Assembly (NCBI GenBank): GCA_030141605.1 | Contig: JAQGDQ010000652.1 | Location: forward strand, 55,077 to 119,076 | Length of the DNA: 64,000 nucleotides | Source: Tubiluchus corallicola | Taxonomy: Eukaryota; Animalia; Priapulida | Reading direction: 5' to 3' | Shown here: in pieces, positions 39,523 to 53,770 of the stretch | Numbering within the stretch: the first letter of the stretch is position 1 | Layout of the letters: each line of letters opens with the position of its first letter | Program-made: the position numbers and the translations under genes | Notes under the pieces: generated by a model | Database searches by the model: none | What the model was told of the DNA's origin: nothing | The model's input: only the letters and a program-made list of their open reading frames with translations

Positions 39523-40584
39523 AAAGATGTTACTGTACTATCTGATTATCAATGTATTTTAATGGCAAATAAAGATTATTATATATATATATATATATAC
39601 TATACTATACTATACTATGTTCACAATACACTATACTATATTACACAATACTATACTATACTTTGTGCATATTATCATCTTTTTTAATGTGAATTTTGTA
39701 ATTTATCCCATAATGCGAAATTTTAGATAAGTAATCCAATTTCTCCAATATACTTCCGACGATTTTTTTGGCGAATTTTATATTTTCATTGCATATTATA
39801 TCAAAAGTGGAAAGTGTGGGAAGAGGGAAGACTATTGCCTACATTTTTTTAAAGATATTTGTTCGTAATTTATTCAGCAGGGGGACTTGAAGTTAACGAC
39901 TTGTCGCACGCGCGTGTTTTGAATTATATTGCTCTGAAAGTAGCAGTTTTTGTTAAGGAAAAAATAAATTTGCTGCGCCTTAATTTTAGCAGTGAGTTTC
40001 GCGATGTTTTGGGCCGAAGTTCTGCTTATCATTTTTCCTATGCACTAAGGTTTTGTTGACATTACTATTATATTTCGTAAGTTCGTTTTGTTCTGAAGTT
40101 CTGTTCTGAATTTCAATTTCGACGTTCTTTACAAAGGAAACGTTGAAAGCGATTAAAACCCAGAATAGATGAAGATCCAATCACCAGAGTTGACGAAGGT
40201 CCAGTGAGTACATTCTTGCTGCCCTGTAATATGTAGATCTGTTTTACATATCTTGCGAAACTTTTTAAACCTTGTTGAGCTTTAACGTGCGAAAAATCTC
40301 TGCATGTGAAACAATTCAAGGTTAAATGTCAGTTAAAGGTCACAGGACACTGGGGTCAGAAGAGATTCAATTTGGGGATCCTTGTCGTGTTTAAATATAA
40401 TGACTTGTGTTTAAGAGTGCTCGTGTACACAAGCTTACCATACGGAAATTGCAAACACAAGTTTACCGTACGGAAATTGCATACGCACGTTTACCGTAGG
40501 AAAATTGCGTATGCAGGCTTACCATACGGAATTGCGTATGCAAGTTTACCGTACGGAAATTAGGTGTGCAAGTGTACCGTACGG

Positions 40585-41485
40585 AAATTGCGTATGTGCA
40601 GTTTACAAACAACGTCAGTACGCAGGAAGTGTTTGTGGTGTGCTAGCTGTTCGTGAAAATGGACAGTTTATATCAATACGTGCTGCAGTGCAAACTGCAT
40701 GGCTACAAGATTCATACTGGTTGTTCTTCAACTATTTAGGGAAAGTTTCTTTATCTGGGATGTCGAAAACGACACGCACAGCTAGAAAATTCAGCAGGTA
40801 GAATTATTATGAGCGGTTCGTAATTTTTACCGACAAGGCTAAACTTTGCTGCATGCAGAAGTGTACCAGAATCTGAAGTGGTTATTTCATTAGATATTAG
40901 ATGATATTTTTTGTAAGTTAAATACGCGCTAGAATTACTTTTATATAGGCCGTAAATGTGCTATGAAAATTTACAGTCTTTATTAAAAATATTACGTTTT
41001 TTCTAATTGGGACAATACAACATTCACGGAACAATACAACACGCAAATTGCGTATGTGCAGTTTACAAACAACGTCAGTACGCGGGAAGTGTTTGTGGTG
41101 TGCTAGCTGTTCGTGAAAATGGACAGTTTATATCAATACGTGCTGCAGTGCAAACTGCATGGCTACAAGATTCATACTGGTTGTTCTTCAACTATTTAGG
41201 GAAAGTTTCTTTATCTGGGATGTCGAAAACGACACGCACAGCTAGAAAATTCAGCAGGTAGAATTATTATGAGCGGTTCGTAATTTTTACCGACAAGGCT
41301 AAACTTTGCTGCATGCAGAAGTGTACCAGAATCTGAAGTGGTTATTTCATTAGATATTAGATGATATTTTTGTAAGTTAAATACGCGCTAGAATTACTTT
41401 TATATAGGCCATAAATGTGCTATGAAAATTTACAGTCTTTATTAAAAATATTACGTTTTTTCTAATTGGGACAATACAACATTCA
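40585..41485. repeat. Near-identical 460-bp tandem duplication
   Basis: 40585-41026 and 41045-41485 differ at only a few positions. Confidence 0.92.
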
Positions 41486-43444
41486 ATTGAGGCACAAAAG
41501 ATCACAAACAGTCTCATAGTGCAAAATTGCCCGTCTTATATGCTGAACGAGCGTATGGTAGGCCTAATTGTCTACAGTTTGATTGAGGTTACAGGAAAAT
41601 GCTTCTATAGTTTCTTAGTTTTCCTGCGGTGCTTCTCATGGAAATTGCATTTAACTTTGGGTACAAACAGATTTCCCGAAATCTCCTCTTATTTGGATTA
41701 TGTTACACATCTTTACCGTTTGACGCATACCTAGGTCTTATTGTGTATCTAAAAACTGGGCAGAACGATGCCTTCTGTCGTCCGTTTTTTGTTTTGTTGT
41801 TTGTTTTGGTTAGTCGTATCTGAAATCGTAATAATACTATAACGTTAAGAAGGCTCTTGCTTAGAAGCTATAACACAACAGAGCCTGCTCTACCACTAGG
41901 CAAACTAGGGTGCCAAATTCTAGAAGTAAGTTTTAGCCTAAGTTATTATAATGTAGAATAACATAGTGAAAACACTTTAATGAAATGAAAGAAAAACCTA
42001 CAGTATTTTCCTATCAACATGTATATGTTATACAATTATTACTTTTGCTTTATCTGGTTTCCTAAGATTGCATCATTTTACGCATAATAATAATCATAAT
42101 CTTTTTCGTTTATCTTGCAACACATGCACAGTTATAATACAATTAATTTGGAAACAAAAATGTGAAGAAAGGGCAGCGAAAGACCAATTGGTCATCTAGT
42201 CACGTGCCCTTTGGTTAGTGGTATAAGCGCTGTGCTACAGTGTATTAGTGTTAGTACTGCTTGTAATAGAGATTTAATTGTTACGAATGACATTAAATTG
42301 ATATGCTTATAACGTGTTAATACAATTCATAAGCAGTAATAATAAATGTATAATAATAAATCAAACAAGAACTGAAAATAAAAATCTGACAACGAAAACA
42401 TAAGAACAATGGCAACTGAAATATACTTCATAACACAAGCATAATTCTTAGACAGTGAAAAATAAATTACGTAAATAATAGAACCGAAAATCGGGTTTGT
42501 GGTTGTAAAGGTGATGATGGAGCTAGTGTAATTCATGCACACTTGAAAAAAAGTAGTTAGGTTTTCCAAAATTTGCTGATCAAAAGGCTGAGTTAAAATC
42601 TTGCCAGGAGAAACAGAAATTGCAGAAACGCTTCCGAAGACCCAGATACATACAGTAGGATCATAAATTAAATTCCAAATTCAATCATCACAGACTACAG
42701 ATTATCACATTTAATTAGTATGTACTATAATATATACATGTATAAATCAAACAGGCTTTAGAACACACACATACCATTATACTTTATTATAATATTATAC
42801 AAGAAAAAATTCAATTTTGGGGATGTGGCGGGAACTGCGATGAAACGGGGTTGAACGTGAGGTGGGGCTAAAAATTCTTTTGTCTAGGGCGTCAAACTAC
42901 CTAGAGCCGGTCCAGGAACACTGTGTTTAGTTGCTAGACATCTCCACCAAGTTAGATTCTTTACTTAACCTAGCAAGTTTCACTGTTTCCATGCTGAGGA
43001 TGGGCTACTATCATTTCAGTTCTGTTTTTTGCAATTTTTTGGCTACTAAAGTCGTCGTTGTAGATAACTGTACGTAGACAGCAATCTGCCCTATAACTCA
43101 AATAAACTCTTATCACTCAAATAAGCTCAAGGCAAGGGAAATTTAGTTGAGTGACCATGACCATCGGTGTGTGCTTAGCTGCCAAAGTTGAGCATCATCG
43201 GACCTTACTGGGAAATAGATAATGGGCGACCAATATGGGTGACTAGAAAAACGATTTTGCGATCTTCGTGTACCACACTACTTCTAGCTGCTTACCGTGT
43301 TAGACTGGAGATGTGGGACATCTTTACCGGTCCAGAATCTCATCTTTCGCGACTCCTTCAACTTTGTTCCAGTCCCGCTACAACTACTTGCAGTTTATTT
43401 TTGAAGCATTTTGTTATTTTTTTCTAAAATCAATTTGCTCTTAA

Positions 43445-44258
43445 AAGGAAACCCGAGCCGATCTTAAACTTATATCTCGCAACAAGCTACCATATAAAAT
43501 ACCGAAAGGTAAGATACTATTTTTTCAAGAATGACTTGTGTGAAAGAATTTATTGCTGCAAAAAGGTAATTTTTCGTTCATGCGGTTGGCACTACAGCCT
43601 GCATCTCAGAAATGCGTTACAGAGGTGTTCAATTGTGACGTAGTGCACACATTCAACAGCTCATGTGTAAGCACAAAGGTAAATTTTAATTTTAATTTTA
43701 AAATTTGCTTAGTTTTAGTGCAACATACTGAATATCTTACAGTAGCACTGTACTTTACGCAAACACGCTCGTGGAATGTTTGTGCTGTTGAAAATTATTT
43801 TCACTTGTGGTACCTCACTAGTTGGGCTCAAATTCAATTCAATTCAAAGGTTTATTTATCTCTAATATAACATTTATAACGCAAATACAACAAATTTTGT
43901 AAAGTATGTAGAGATGGGGTGGCGAAAGACCAGGAGGTCATCGAGTCAGCCACACCTATATAACTTAGAATTATTATTAAGCACGGCAGACTACATGGTT
44001 AAGCGAATAAATATGTGGTTAGTTCTTAAGTGTAGCAAATAAACAAAATGCAAAGCAGTTATATTATAATTATACCAATGCAAAAAAAGCAAGCAAATAA
44101 TGCAATTAAAAATTAAAACAACAACTGAACAAGTCATGAATACAACAACAAAAAAACGCTCGCATGAAGTTGATTAAGTTTTTAACCTATCGTTTAATTA
44201 CTAGAAACGCTTATAGGTCTTAAAATGAGGTAGAGTATGATAAGTCATCCTGTTTTAC
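43445..44258 (-). mobile_element. K1 Kolobok-like MITE interrupted by a CR1/L2-like LINE 3' fragment (~43831-44155)
   Basis: TTAA at 43441; K1 homology stops at ~43830 and resumes at ~44155, ending catcctgttttact-ttaa. Confidence 0.6.
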
Positions 44259-46225
44259 TTTAACATATTGCGTTTGTGGTAATACGGTTTTACTACGTGT
44301 GTACAGTGGGTCGTAAAACAGACGCTACTGTAGTGTATTTTTGTAACATCAAGATACGGGAATTCCCGCGAGTGTTTTAACTTGATTAAAGAGGCCAAAT
44401 GTTTGAACGACTTCCCCCCCTCCTCATCCTCACCACTGATCCTCTAAACCTGTCAATAAAAGCCTCGATGTTTATCTAAACAGCTGTGACTTAAAACTTG
44501 AAAAGGAATGTTTGGCCAGATAACCGGCCATTGACACGCGCTGCTCTGGTGTTTATGCCTTTCCTTCTAGACGCGTCGGCTCTATTATGCTAATTGTTGA
44601 ACGGGTCACGTGATCCGGCGAATAGTTTCATTCATAAATCCCAGTTTGTGCTGCACTTGGCCTAGTTAAACATTGCCTCTACGAAGCAGCTGAGTACAAA
44701 AGCCTACATATTACACCCTGGGGATGTAGATTACACTCGCTACTTTGCCGTGAAATATTGATCACATATTAACTGCAGGTTGATGTTGTTAAAACCAGAT
44801 GCAATTGCATTTTCTTTTACTATTCTGCTGTTGTGACGGCTATTAGTTCCACATCTCGAGCTCTCTTTTGTCCTCTTGACAAATTGGCCAAGAAAAAATG
44901 AACTGGTTTTGGACGTAGAAATTCTCTACTTAGAGGTTTTCCCAAGAGCCCGTGATGTGTGGTGTTCAGAACTTGTTTGAACATGCTGTGGAGTTTTGTT
45001 TTTCTATTTTTATGAGTTCTTAATGTTGGATCTAATTTTAATGAAATTCTAAATTTCATGTAGACTGTTGAGTCATGTCTACTGATGCTCAACTTAAGTC
45101 AAGTTTCTTACTTTTGTTTACTGGTACTGCTATTTTGATTTGTTACTGCCAAGACCAAAGCATTTACTGTTATGTCTAGTTTCAGGAAACATGTCAGTTC
45201 TGTGTAGCACATTCACCTTTATGACTGATGTTTTATCCACCTTTTGCGATAAATATCCCTGTTTAGCTCTTTCTTACAATTAATAAACGTGAGCTCTGTT
45301 TTTGACAGACAAATGTAGGCACCATCATGTTCTAAAGTCCCAAAATGCATTGGTGAATGCGTGGATGCCATCTTGCAGTCCTAACTTATCATTTTGCAGT
45401 CTGGCAAATCCTGTTGTCTGGAAAAGTTGGATTGTTTCATTCAAAACCACTATCTCTGTTTACAAGTTTGCAAAATATGTTGTTAGTATTAGTGTATTAA
45501 CATGCTTTATAGGTTATTAGGTTTTACTTATTATCGTACTCATGTGGACAGTTTGCGCCGCTGACCGCCAGCTAAAACATAGTTAAACCGTAAGCATGCA
45601 TTCATAGTCGTGTGCAACTCAAGAAACTGACTATTAGGTCTCACTTCTTGAAGTACACTCATGCCTCGGTTTGCTGGACAAAAGCAGGGAGACGTTGGGG
45701 ATTTTCCGATTGTCTGTATTTTCCGATACTCGGCTGATATAATAGGCGTCTTGTATTACACTCACGGTAATGTAGAATCAATTCCCTAATTGTCTCATAA
45801 ACGTCTAGTACGGAAAAGCTCCTATGCAAAAGTGTGTAAAAAATAAAAACTGTCCGCAATTGACTCAAATAACTCTGCATAATTGGGTCTAAACCACTTA
45901 CACATGCTGATTAAACCATTAAACACGCTGACATACAAGCCACACAAATGTTGTTACATGCTGCTTGGATGTAAACAAGGTGACTGGACTGCCTGCCAAC
46001 TAGTGGTCAGCTCGCGAAACGATGGACTGTGTCCGTAGTAGGCGGCACATTTTAATGGACCAGATTTTGTCCGTTCTTCCGATATCCGTGAAAGTGAGGT
46101 CCGGCAAACTGAGATATGACTGTAAAATATTGGCAGTTTGTATGGCTGAGTACCAGTTGAAACTTGTCTGAGCCATAAGCATGCATTCATGTAAACCGTA
46201 TTCAAACGTTGCATTGTTATTCCAG

Positions 46226-46396
46226 CAGGGTGGGCTGAATGATCCTAGTCAAGGAAAAAGTCCTTACATGGGACCCGGACCGGGCTATCCTGCTCAGCAC
46301 TCAAGCCAATATGGTGCCTATTCGCAGCAGCAGAGGAGCGGATACATGCCTCCGGGTCCTCCGTCTAGCAGGAGTCAGCCGTTTTCGCAACAACAG
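46226..46396 (+). CDS. ARID1: ARID1/Osa exon 2: QGGLNDPSQGKSPYMGPGPGYPAQHSSQYGAYSQQQRSGYMPPGPPSSRSQPFSQQQ
   Basis: tccag(cag) acceptor, gtaggt donor, phase 0/0; GC-richer island with Osa-like P/Q/Y composition. Confidence 0.8.
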
Positions 46397-46650
46397 GTAG
46401 GTGACGAAATGAAACGGTAGTTTGAATAAATTTACAATATTTGCACGATTTTCAAACTAAGCCAGTTACTGGAAGTTAAGCAACTGTGAGTCCATGAATA
46501 AAATTGTTGGTACAACTGTGGATGCGCATTTTTAACTCGACTATCTCGAGTAACTGAGATAAATGCTTATATAATTGTTGAGTCATAAGCGAATCATTTC
46601 TGCTGTCATCATTGTACAACAATTTGTACCAAGATACATTATATTTGCAG

Positions 46651-46794
46651 GGGATGTCCCAATACTCTGAGCATGGCAGAGGGCAGATGGGATATCAGTC
46701 ACCGTACCAGGGGCAGATGTCTGGTGCAGCCGGTGGAGGGGTACAGCCGCCGCCGCCTTCTCAGTCCGGAGAACAAACTCAAGGACAGTCACAG
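46651..46794 (+). CDS. ARID1: ARID1/Osa exon 3: GMSQYSEHGRGQMGYQSPYQGQMSGAAGGGVQPPPPSQSGEQTQGQSQ
   Basis: ttgcag / gtaact, phase 0/0. Confidence 0.8.
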
Positions 46795-47235
46795 GTAACT
46801 AATCGTAAAACAGGATGAATCCTGTTTGTCAGCGCAATTTGTAAGGGACAAGTTATTTGGCAATAGCTGTAGTTCTATTGGATTTGTTCTGGCATTGAAC
46901 TGTTGCCAAATTTGGAAGGGTAATTATAGACATCACAGTTATGTGCCCTAAAATGCCCAAGGTAAGAAACCTCAAGGTGTCAAGATTGTCAACCTGATGG
47001 TAACAAGTTTACTGCACTCTTTGGGGTCTGTGGAAGTGAAATTGAAGTCAACGTACAATGTTCTTGAGAGTTTGTTGTGGCCGTGGATAGATATGCCTGT
47101 TTGCATCTCCATGGCAACCTAGAAGTGGGCTTGCTATGTAATTGTTAAACCATAAAAAGAAAAATTGTAACATCGTTTGCTCTAGAATTGAACCTGGGTG
47201 TTTCTGCTGCTAATAGCTAAATGCAGATTTTCACT

Positions 47236-47812
47236 AGGGATGCACTGGATCCAGTTTTGCTGGTTTTGGATCTTATGTGCCGGATATGGTTCCAGATCTG
47301 CTTTTGCTCATGCTGGTTGCATCGTCTGTGAATTTTCACTGAGTAAAAACTGAGTAATTTTGAGTACAACCTCTGCAAATGTTTATGTACTGTAGTTTTG
47401 AAAACTTGATCTGCACTTCGTTTAAACTAAAAAAAAACCGTCAAGCTACGTTTTACTGGGTGGAAGTCTAAACTTTTAGCAGACATTTTTGCAGCAATTG
47501 CACTATCTTTTGCACTATTTGCTCCAAGGAACCACCGCACGAAGATTGCTGGTATTGCTTGCGCTACAAGAGTGGCAGCATAAAAATTAAGTGATACTTT
47601 TGTAAATTTCTGAAGGTTTTAATAGAAATCTTTCAAACTCTTTAAAAAAATTTGTAATTAAACTGTCGTGTATATTTTTTCTTATCCTTTCCTTTTTTCA
47701 TAATCAGTAGTTTTAGAAAAATAGAAATACAAACAGTGCAAAATTTGACGAAAGTTTCTGCCGTGTTTGGATCGATTAAAATTACCGGATATTGGAACCC
47801 GATTCATCCCTA
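47236..47812. mobile_element. hAT-like MITE (TAGGGATG...CATCCCTA)
   Basis: 8-bp terminal inverted repeats, subterminal CCGGAT motifs; TSD not convincing. Confidence 0.45.
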
Positions 47813-47850
47813 ATCTTTTCGTCCTGTCCCGATTGATAATTTTAAAATTC

Positions 47851-48315
47851 CTCTCCATCCGATGAACGGGTTTGACATTGCATAACTGTGCACCATAACT
47901 TTTGCTCAGTCTTTTCACTACCACGTGCAGTACACAGTGTGTCAAGGTGTCATTGAAAGCAGAGTTAGCAGATATTTTAATAAGGTTGGATGAACTTGCT
48001 GCTACCTCTCCATCTGATGAACGGGTTTGACATTGCATAACTTTGCACCATAAATTTTGCTCAGTCTTTTCACTACCATGTGCTGTACTCGGTGTGTCAA
48101 GGTGTCATTGAAAACAGAGTTAGCAGATATTTTAATAAGGTTGGATGAAGTTGCTGCTACCTCTCCATCTGATGAACGGGTTTGACATTGCATAACTTTG
48201 CACCATAAATTTTGCTCAGTCTTTTCACTACCACGTGCTGTACACGGTGTGTCAAGGTGTCATTGAAAGCAGAGTTAGCAGATATTTTAATAAGGTTGGA
48301 TGAACTTGCTGCTAC
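47851..48315. repeat. Tandem repeat, 155-bp unit x3
   Basis: Units start at 47851, 48006, 48161. Confidence 0.92.
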
Positions 48316-49269
48316 AGCTGTTTCGCTTTACGACAGCATCACTTTGGTCTGGTGTGCCCTACGAGGAAACAGTTCTAGATCAAGGTTGAATAAGCATTAT
48401 GAAAGCAACTGATCGGTATTCCGGGATTTTTATAACCTTGCACAGGTTCGTATTGTGCCAACCTGGTAGGGAGTTTGGTTGCTAAGAAGGGATCCAGGGT
48501 CTAAGAGCATACGTAAGAATGTCACCGCTATGATTTTGATGGGTTTTGTAGATTTATAAATAAAGGTGACATAAGTAGTAATTCGTTTACGTTCTATTAT
48601 ATGAAAATTGAAATTAGTTGTACATTTTTTGTTATTGACATAGTTGTTTATTTTTTGCATTTTTTTCTGTATCAGTAGAGACCGTTTTGGATTGCTTCCG
48701 AATTTTTTTTACCAGAAATGTGCCGAATGCATTTCCTGATCCCGAGATGCGTTAGTTTTAATGAATCTGAATCTGGCAGAGATGCTTGTCGTACTTTGTA
48801 CTGTTTGCATTTCTATTTTTCTAAACCTAAAATGACGACAATTGCGAAAAATTAGATTGGGCAAGAAAAGATATACATAACTGAACACTAGTAGTGCGTT
48901 GTCTTAATTTTCTTAAAGAATTTGAAAGATTTCTTTTAAAATCTTCAGAAATTTGTCATCATCATCATTATCATCATCATCATCATCATCTAAGTTTATT
49001 TCCATATTCACAAATAGACACATTATACAATATAATACATACATATATTGGAATAAACACTTTGAAATCAATACAGACTTCTATGTTCAATACATCATTT
49101 GTCTATTAATTATCATAATTTAAAGGCAATATAAGTTAATAAAAGTTGATATTCTGATTAGAGTAAAAGTGTACGAAATATAAATAGTAATTTAAAAAAA
49201 TCTTTACATCACAAAAAAGTTATAATTGTACTATACAAATACATCTATTAACAGGAAGATTACGCATAA

Positions 49270-49490
49270 GTTAAACAAAACAAGGTTAATTGTCTCCCTG
49301 TACCAAGACTGTCTACTCCCTGGAATGCCCCTGGAGTGCATTTATCTCTAAGTATCAGTGCTGAAGTGTTTAAATCTGCATACATATGTTAACATTTTTG
49401 CTCCTGCTGGTTCTGTGGCTTGTTGAAGAGCTCTCTTCACTGGACTATCTTCAGGTAGTCTAAGCATGTGCCCAATCCGTCTTAAATGGA
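49270..49490 (-). mobile_element. RTE-like LINE ORF C-terminal remnant
   Basis: Minus-strand translation HLRRIGHMLRLPEDSPVKRAL resembles the R.RW.GH..R.......K.AL tail of RTE-clade ORFs. Confidence 0.45.
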
Positions 49491-50740
49491 AGATCATCAT
49501 CATCATACGCCCGTCACGTCTATTGTAGACATTGGGCTGGCAGAATTCTAAAATAAAAGAAATCTGCCTTCAGACAGGTAAACGCAGCAGTAATCCAGCA
49601 AAAAAAACTAGACACTGCTATGCCAGTGGCTTGTCAGCACCACTTCCGTAACAAGCATGGTAGTTTTTATGCCATCATCATATCATCATCATACGCCCGT
49701 CACGTCTATTGTAGACATTGGGCAGGCAGAATTCTAAAATAAAAGAAATCTGCCTTCAGACAGGTAAATGCAGCAGTAATCCAGCAAAAAAACTAGACAC
49801 TGCTACGCCAGTGGCTTGTCAGCACCACTTCCGAGATTAAATGGAAGAAGAAATTTATGAAACTATCCCTTAGCGGAAGCAATACCAGCAATCTTCTTGC
49901 TGTGTTTCGTTGCAGCAACCAGCGTGCAATGATAGCTCTATTGCTGCCGACATGTCTGCTAAAAATATAAAAGCCATGTACTTCAGCAAGAATATAATTT
50001 AGCAATTTTTTGTTTTGTTTTAACTTATCACCGGTCAAGTGTTCGAAACTACAGTTACTTCAACATTAATTTTCCTTGAGTGATGTGTTACCAAGGCAAG
50101 AATTCTGTTTCTGTTTACCGATGATTGCACTTTCTGCTGCACTTCGTTTTCCTCGACAATTATTAACTCTCGTAGGCGCACCTTTCGATAACTTTTGTAA
50201 GCATTTTCCAGCTTTTAGTGGGATTTATCCAGCTTAGCTTTTTCCTGGATGTTGAGTCGGTACCCTAAACTCCTGACTCTAGCTCCCGCTCCAACTCCCA
50301 GAATTTTAGAAGATCCAATTCCGACTACAGCTCCTAAAATTTTGGAGTCCCAACTCCCCACTCCTGCCTTTAAGTTACACTTTCTAGTACTCTCAATATT
50401 TAGCTACAGTGGCATTTCATCACTACTTCTTATGCTCAAAAACAGTCCAGCTGCATAGACACGAATACGAAAGTGTCCCAAAATGGGGCGTTATGCATAA
50501 ATGTGTTATATACAAAAGTGTCCCAAAATGGGGCGTTATGCATAAATGTGTTAAATACGAAAGTGTTCCAAAATGGGACGTTATGCATAAATGTGTTAAA
50601 AGTAGCTGAACCTTGGTTTTGTCCATTTTTAACAAGCCCAACTCCGACTTCCTTTAGCAATAAGTGTACTGCCGACTCCGACTCCATATTTACCACAAAG
50701 GGATCTAAATAATTGGTACTCCATAACTGCATAATTTTTA

Positions 50741-51370
50741 TTGGTCTTTTCTATTTGTCTTTGAAAAACAGTTTGCAATTTTCCCAATTTTTCTTGGTCT
50801 TTTCTATTTGTCTTTGAAAAGCACTTTGCAATTTTCCCAATTTTTCTTGGTCTTTTCTATTTGTCTTTGAAAAACAGTTTGCAATTTTCCTAATTTTTCT
50901 TGGTCTTTTCTATTTGTCTTTGAAAAGCACTTTGCAATTTTCCTAATTTTTCTTGGTCTTTTCTATTTGTCTTTGAAAAGCACTTTGCAATTTTCCCAAT
51001 TTTTCTTGGTCTTTTCTATTTGTCTTTGAAAAACAGTTTGCAATTTTCCTAATTTTTCTTGGTCTTTTCTATTTGTCTTTGAAAAGCACTTTGCAATTTT
51101 CCTAATTTTTCTTGGTCTTTTCTATTTGTCTTTGCAAAGCACTTTGCAATTTTCCTAATTTTTCTTGGTCTTTTCTATTTGTCTTTGAAAAACAGTTTGC
51201 AATTTTCCTAATTTTTCTTGGTCTTTTCTATTTGTCTTTGAAAAGCACTTTGCAATTTTCCCAATTTTTCTTGGTCTTTTCTATTTGTCTTTGAAAAACA
51301 GTTTGCAATTTTCCTAATTTTTCTTGGTCTTTTCTATTTGTCTTTGCAAAGCAGTTTGAAATTTTCCCAT
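50741..51370. repeat. Minisatellite, 53-bp unit x ~12
   Basis: ttggtcttttctatttgtctttgaaaaacagtttgcaattttcccaatttttc repeated head-to-tail. Confidence 0.96.
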
Positions 51371-51899
51371 CTTACTTTGTTTTCTTCGAATATTTAATAG
51401 TCTCTATTTTGCTAGAGCAAAAAGTCAAAGTTTTGGGATTTAATTACCATTTTTTCCACTTGTCTGCGTGCAAGCTGTTTTTGGACTTTTCTATTTTTAC
51501 TTGATTTATTCAGTGAGCTGCGCGGATTTTGAAAGTGCGCGCTTTATCGCGACAGTTCATTTGTCTCTTTTAATAGCGACGACGCGATTACTATTACGCT
51601 GGTCAAAATCCAATTACTAAGACTTCTTTAAAAGTTAAACAGAGGAAATTGACTTGTCGGTAGTTGACGGCGAGCTCTGTAAATGATTCCTCGCTAACCT
51701 AGTTACCGTAAACAAAAGCCATTAAGGGAATTCCCTGCGTTTGTGATTTATCTGTTAATCCGGCCATCTACAGCGTATTTGGATTGAGCGAATACTTTTC
51801 TTCGGTAATCCGTAAGACAGTTACAACTCATAACTCTTAGTGAAACATCGGCTGAGAGGTCATTTAAAGGCAAATCGCGCGCATTTTTCCACCGATGGC

Positions 51900-52510
51900 T
51901 TTTTGCGGTTGAGTAAGTTGTAACACGAGGGTTAGTACTGTTTACTTGCATGGATGTTTTTGAGAAATGGATTTGGTTTTTCTGGTGGGATTAAATTGTG
52001 TTGCATAGTAAGTTTTATGCGTGTGGGTGGAGCTTTATTAGTAAGGTTGCGGTTTGAGTAAGTTGTAACGCGAGGGTTAGTACTGTTTACTTGCATGGTT
52101 GTTTTTGAGAAATGGATTTGGTCTTTCTGTTGGTATTAAATTGTGTTGCATAGTAAGTTTAAGTGTGTGGATGGAGCTTTATTAGCAGGGTAGCCGACGG
52201 ATTTTTGCAGTTGAGTAAGTTGTAACACGATGGTTAGTACTGTTTACTGGCATGGATATTTTTGAGAAATGGATTTGGTCTTTCTGTTGGGATTAAATTG
52301 TGTTGCATAGTAAGTTTTATGCGTGTGGATGGAGCTTTATTAGCAGGCTAGCAGATGGCATTCGGCTTTTGCGGTTGAGTAAGTTATAACACGAGGGTTA
52401 GTACTGTTTACTTACATGAATATTTTTGAGAAATGGATTTGGCCTTTCTGGTTTGATTAAATTGTGTTGCATAGATAGTTTTATGCGTGTGGATGAAGCT
52501 TTATTAGCAG
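51900..52510. repeat. Tandem repeat, ~150-160-bp unit x4
   Basis: ttgagtaagttgtaacacgagggttagtactgtttac... repeated. Confidence 0.9.
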
Positions 52511-52539
52511 AGTAGCAGCGGCTTCCGTGAGTAAATAAA

Positions 52540-52910
52540 GATATTCAGTGTGTTGTAAGAAAACTAGGCAAGTTTTAAGATAAAAATTCAAATTTCAATT
52601 TTACCACTGTGCTCATGCATGAGCTGTCGAAATTGTGCACTACATCACAACCTAATACATTTAAACTGAGAGGTATAGTATCTGTTTTTGTGTGGTACGT
52701 TTCCGAAATGCAGGCGCTAGTGCCCATCTAACTAGCGTATAGCGAAATGCATGTAAAGCGAGAACTAATGACGCGAATGCAAAATTGTGTTTGTGTGGTA
52801 ATAATTCTTTCACGTAAGTCATTTTTGAAAAAACACTATGTTTCCATTCAATATTTTAAAGAGTAGATTGTTTTGACCCACAGTTGAGGATTGGGTCTGG
52901 TTTTGTTCAA
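52540..52910 (+). mobile_element. K1 MITE fragment
   Basis: Colinear with 1605-1935. Confidence 0.65.
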
Positions 52911-53101
52911 TGTATGTGTACTGTGTTTCTGTTAATTCGTTAACTTATTGCAGTGTACTCATTCTTGCTGTGAACTTGAGCAACTAATACAATACTTTCA
53001 TTATACATTAAGAACGTGGGTAAAACTTCGTCTGCTTTTGAAGATCTTCACTTGCCGTTGCGAAGTTTCTTCTTCTTTTTTTGTTTTTGCTCACAGTCCT
53101 T

Positions 53102-53770
53102 CGACTTCCTCAACTCGGGAAAATGAACAGACAGAGACAGACGGACGTTGAGAATGTTTTCACGACTTCCTCAACTCGGGAAAATGAACAGGCAACAGAC
53201 AGAGACAGACGGACGTTGGGAATGTTTTCACGACTTCCTCAACTCGGGAAAATGAACAGGCAACAGACAGAGACAGACGGACGTTGGGAATGTTTTCACG
53301 ACTTCCTCAACTCGGGAAAATGAACAGGCAGAGACAGACGGACGTTGGGAATATTTTCACGACTTCCTCAACTCGGGAAAATGAACAGGCAACAGACAGA
53401 GACAGACGGACGTTGGGAAAGTTTTCACGAATTCCTCAACTCGGGAAAATGAACAGGCAACAGACAGAGGCAGACGGACGTTGGGAATATTTTCACGACT
53501 TCCTCAACTCGGGAAAATGAACAGGCAGAGACAGACAGAGACAGACGAACGTTGGCAATGTTTTCACGACTTCCTCAACTCGGGAAAATGAACAGGCAGA
53601 GACAGACAAAGACAGACGAACGTTGGCAATGTTTTCACGACTTCCTCAACTCGGGAAAATGAACAGGCAGAGACAGACAAAGACAGACGGACGTTGGGAA
53701 TGTTTTCACGACTTCCTCAACTCGGGAAAATGAACAGGCAACAACAGACAGAGACAGACGGAATGTTTTC
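53102..53770. repeat. Minisatellite, ~60-70-bp unit x ~10
   Basis: cgacttcctcaactcgggaaaatgaacagg...gacggacgttgggaatgttttca repeated. Confidence 0.95.

Noticed and set aside
43180-43245. Weak resemblance to the 5S rRNA internal promoter (aagttgagca..tcgg..atgggcgacc), possible SINE3 relic
   Set aside because: Too short and degenerate to support without a covariance-model search
50741-53770. Regular 53-bp and ~65-bp arrays as a possible CRISPR array
   Set aside because: Head-to-tail units with no unique spacers, no cas genes, eukaryotic intron context
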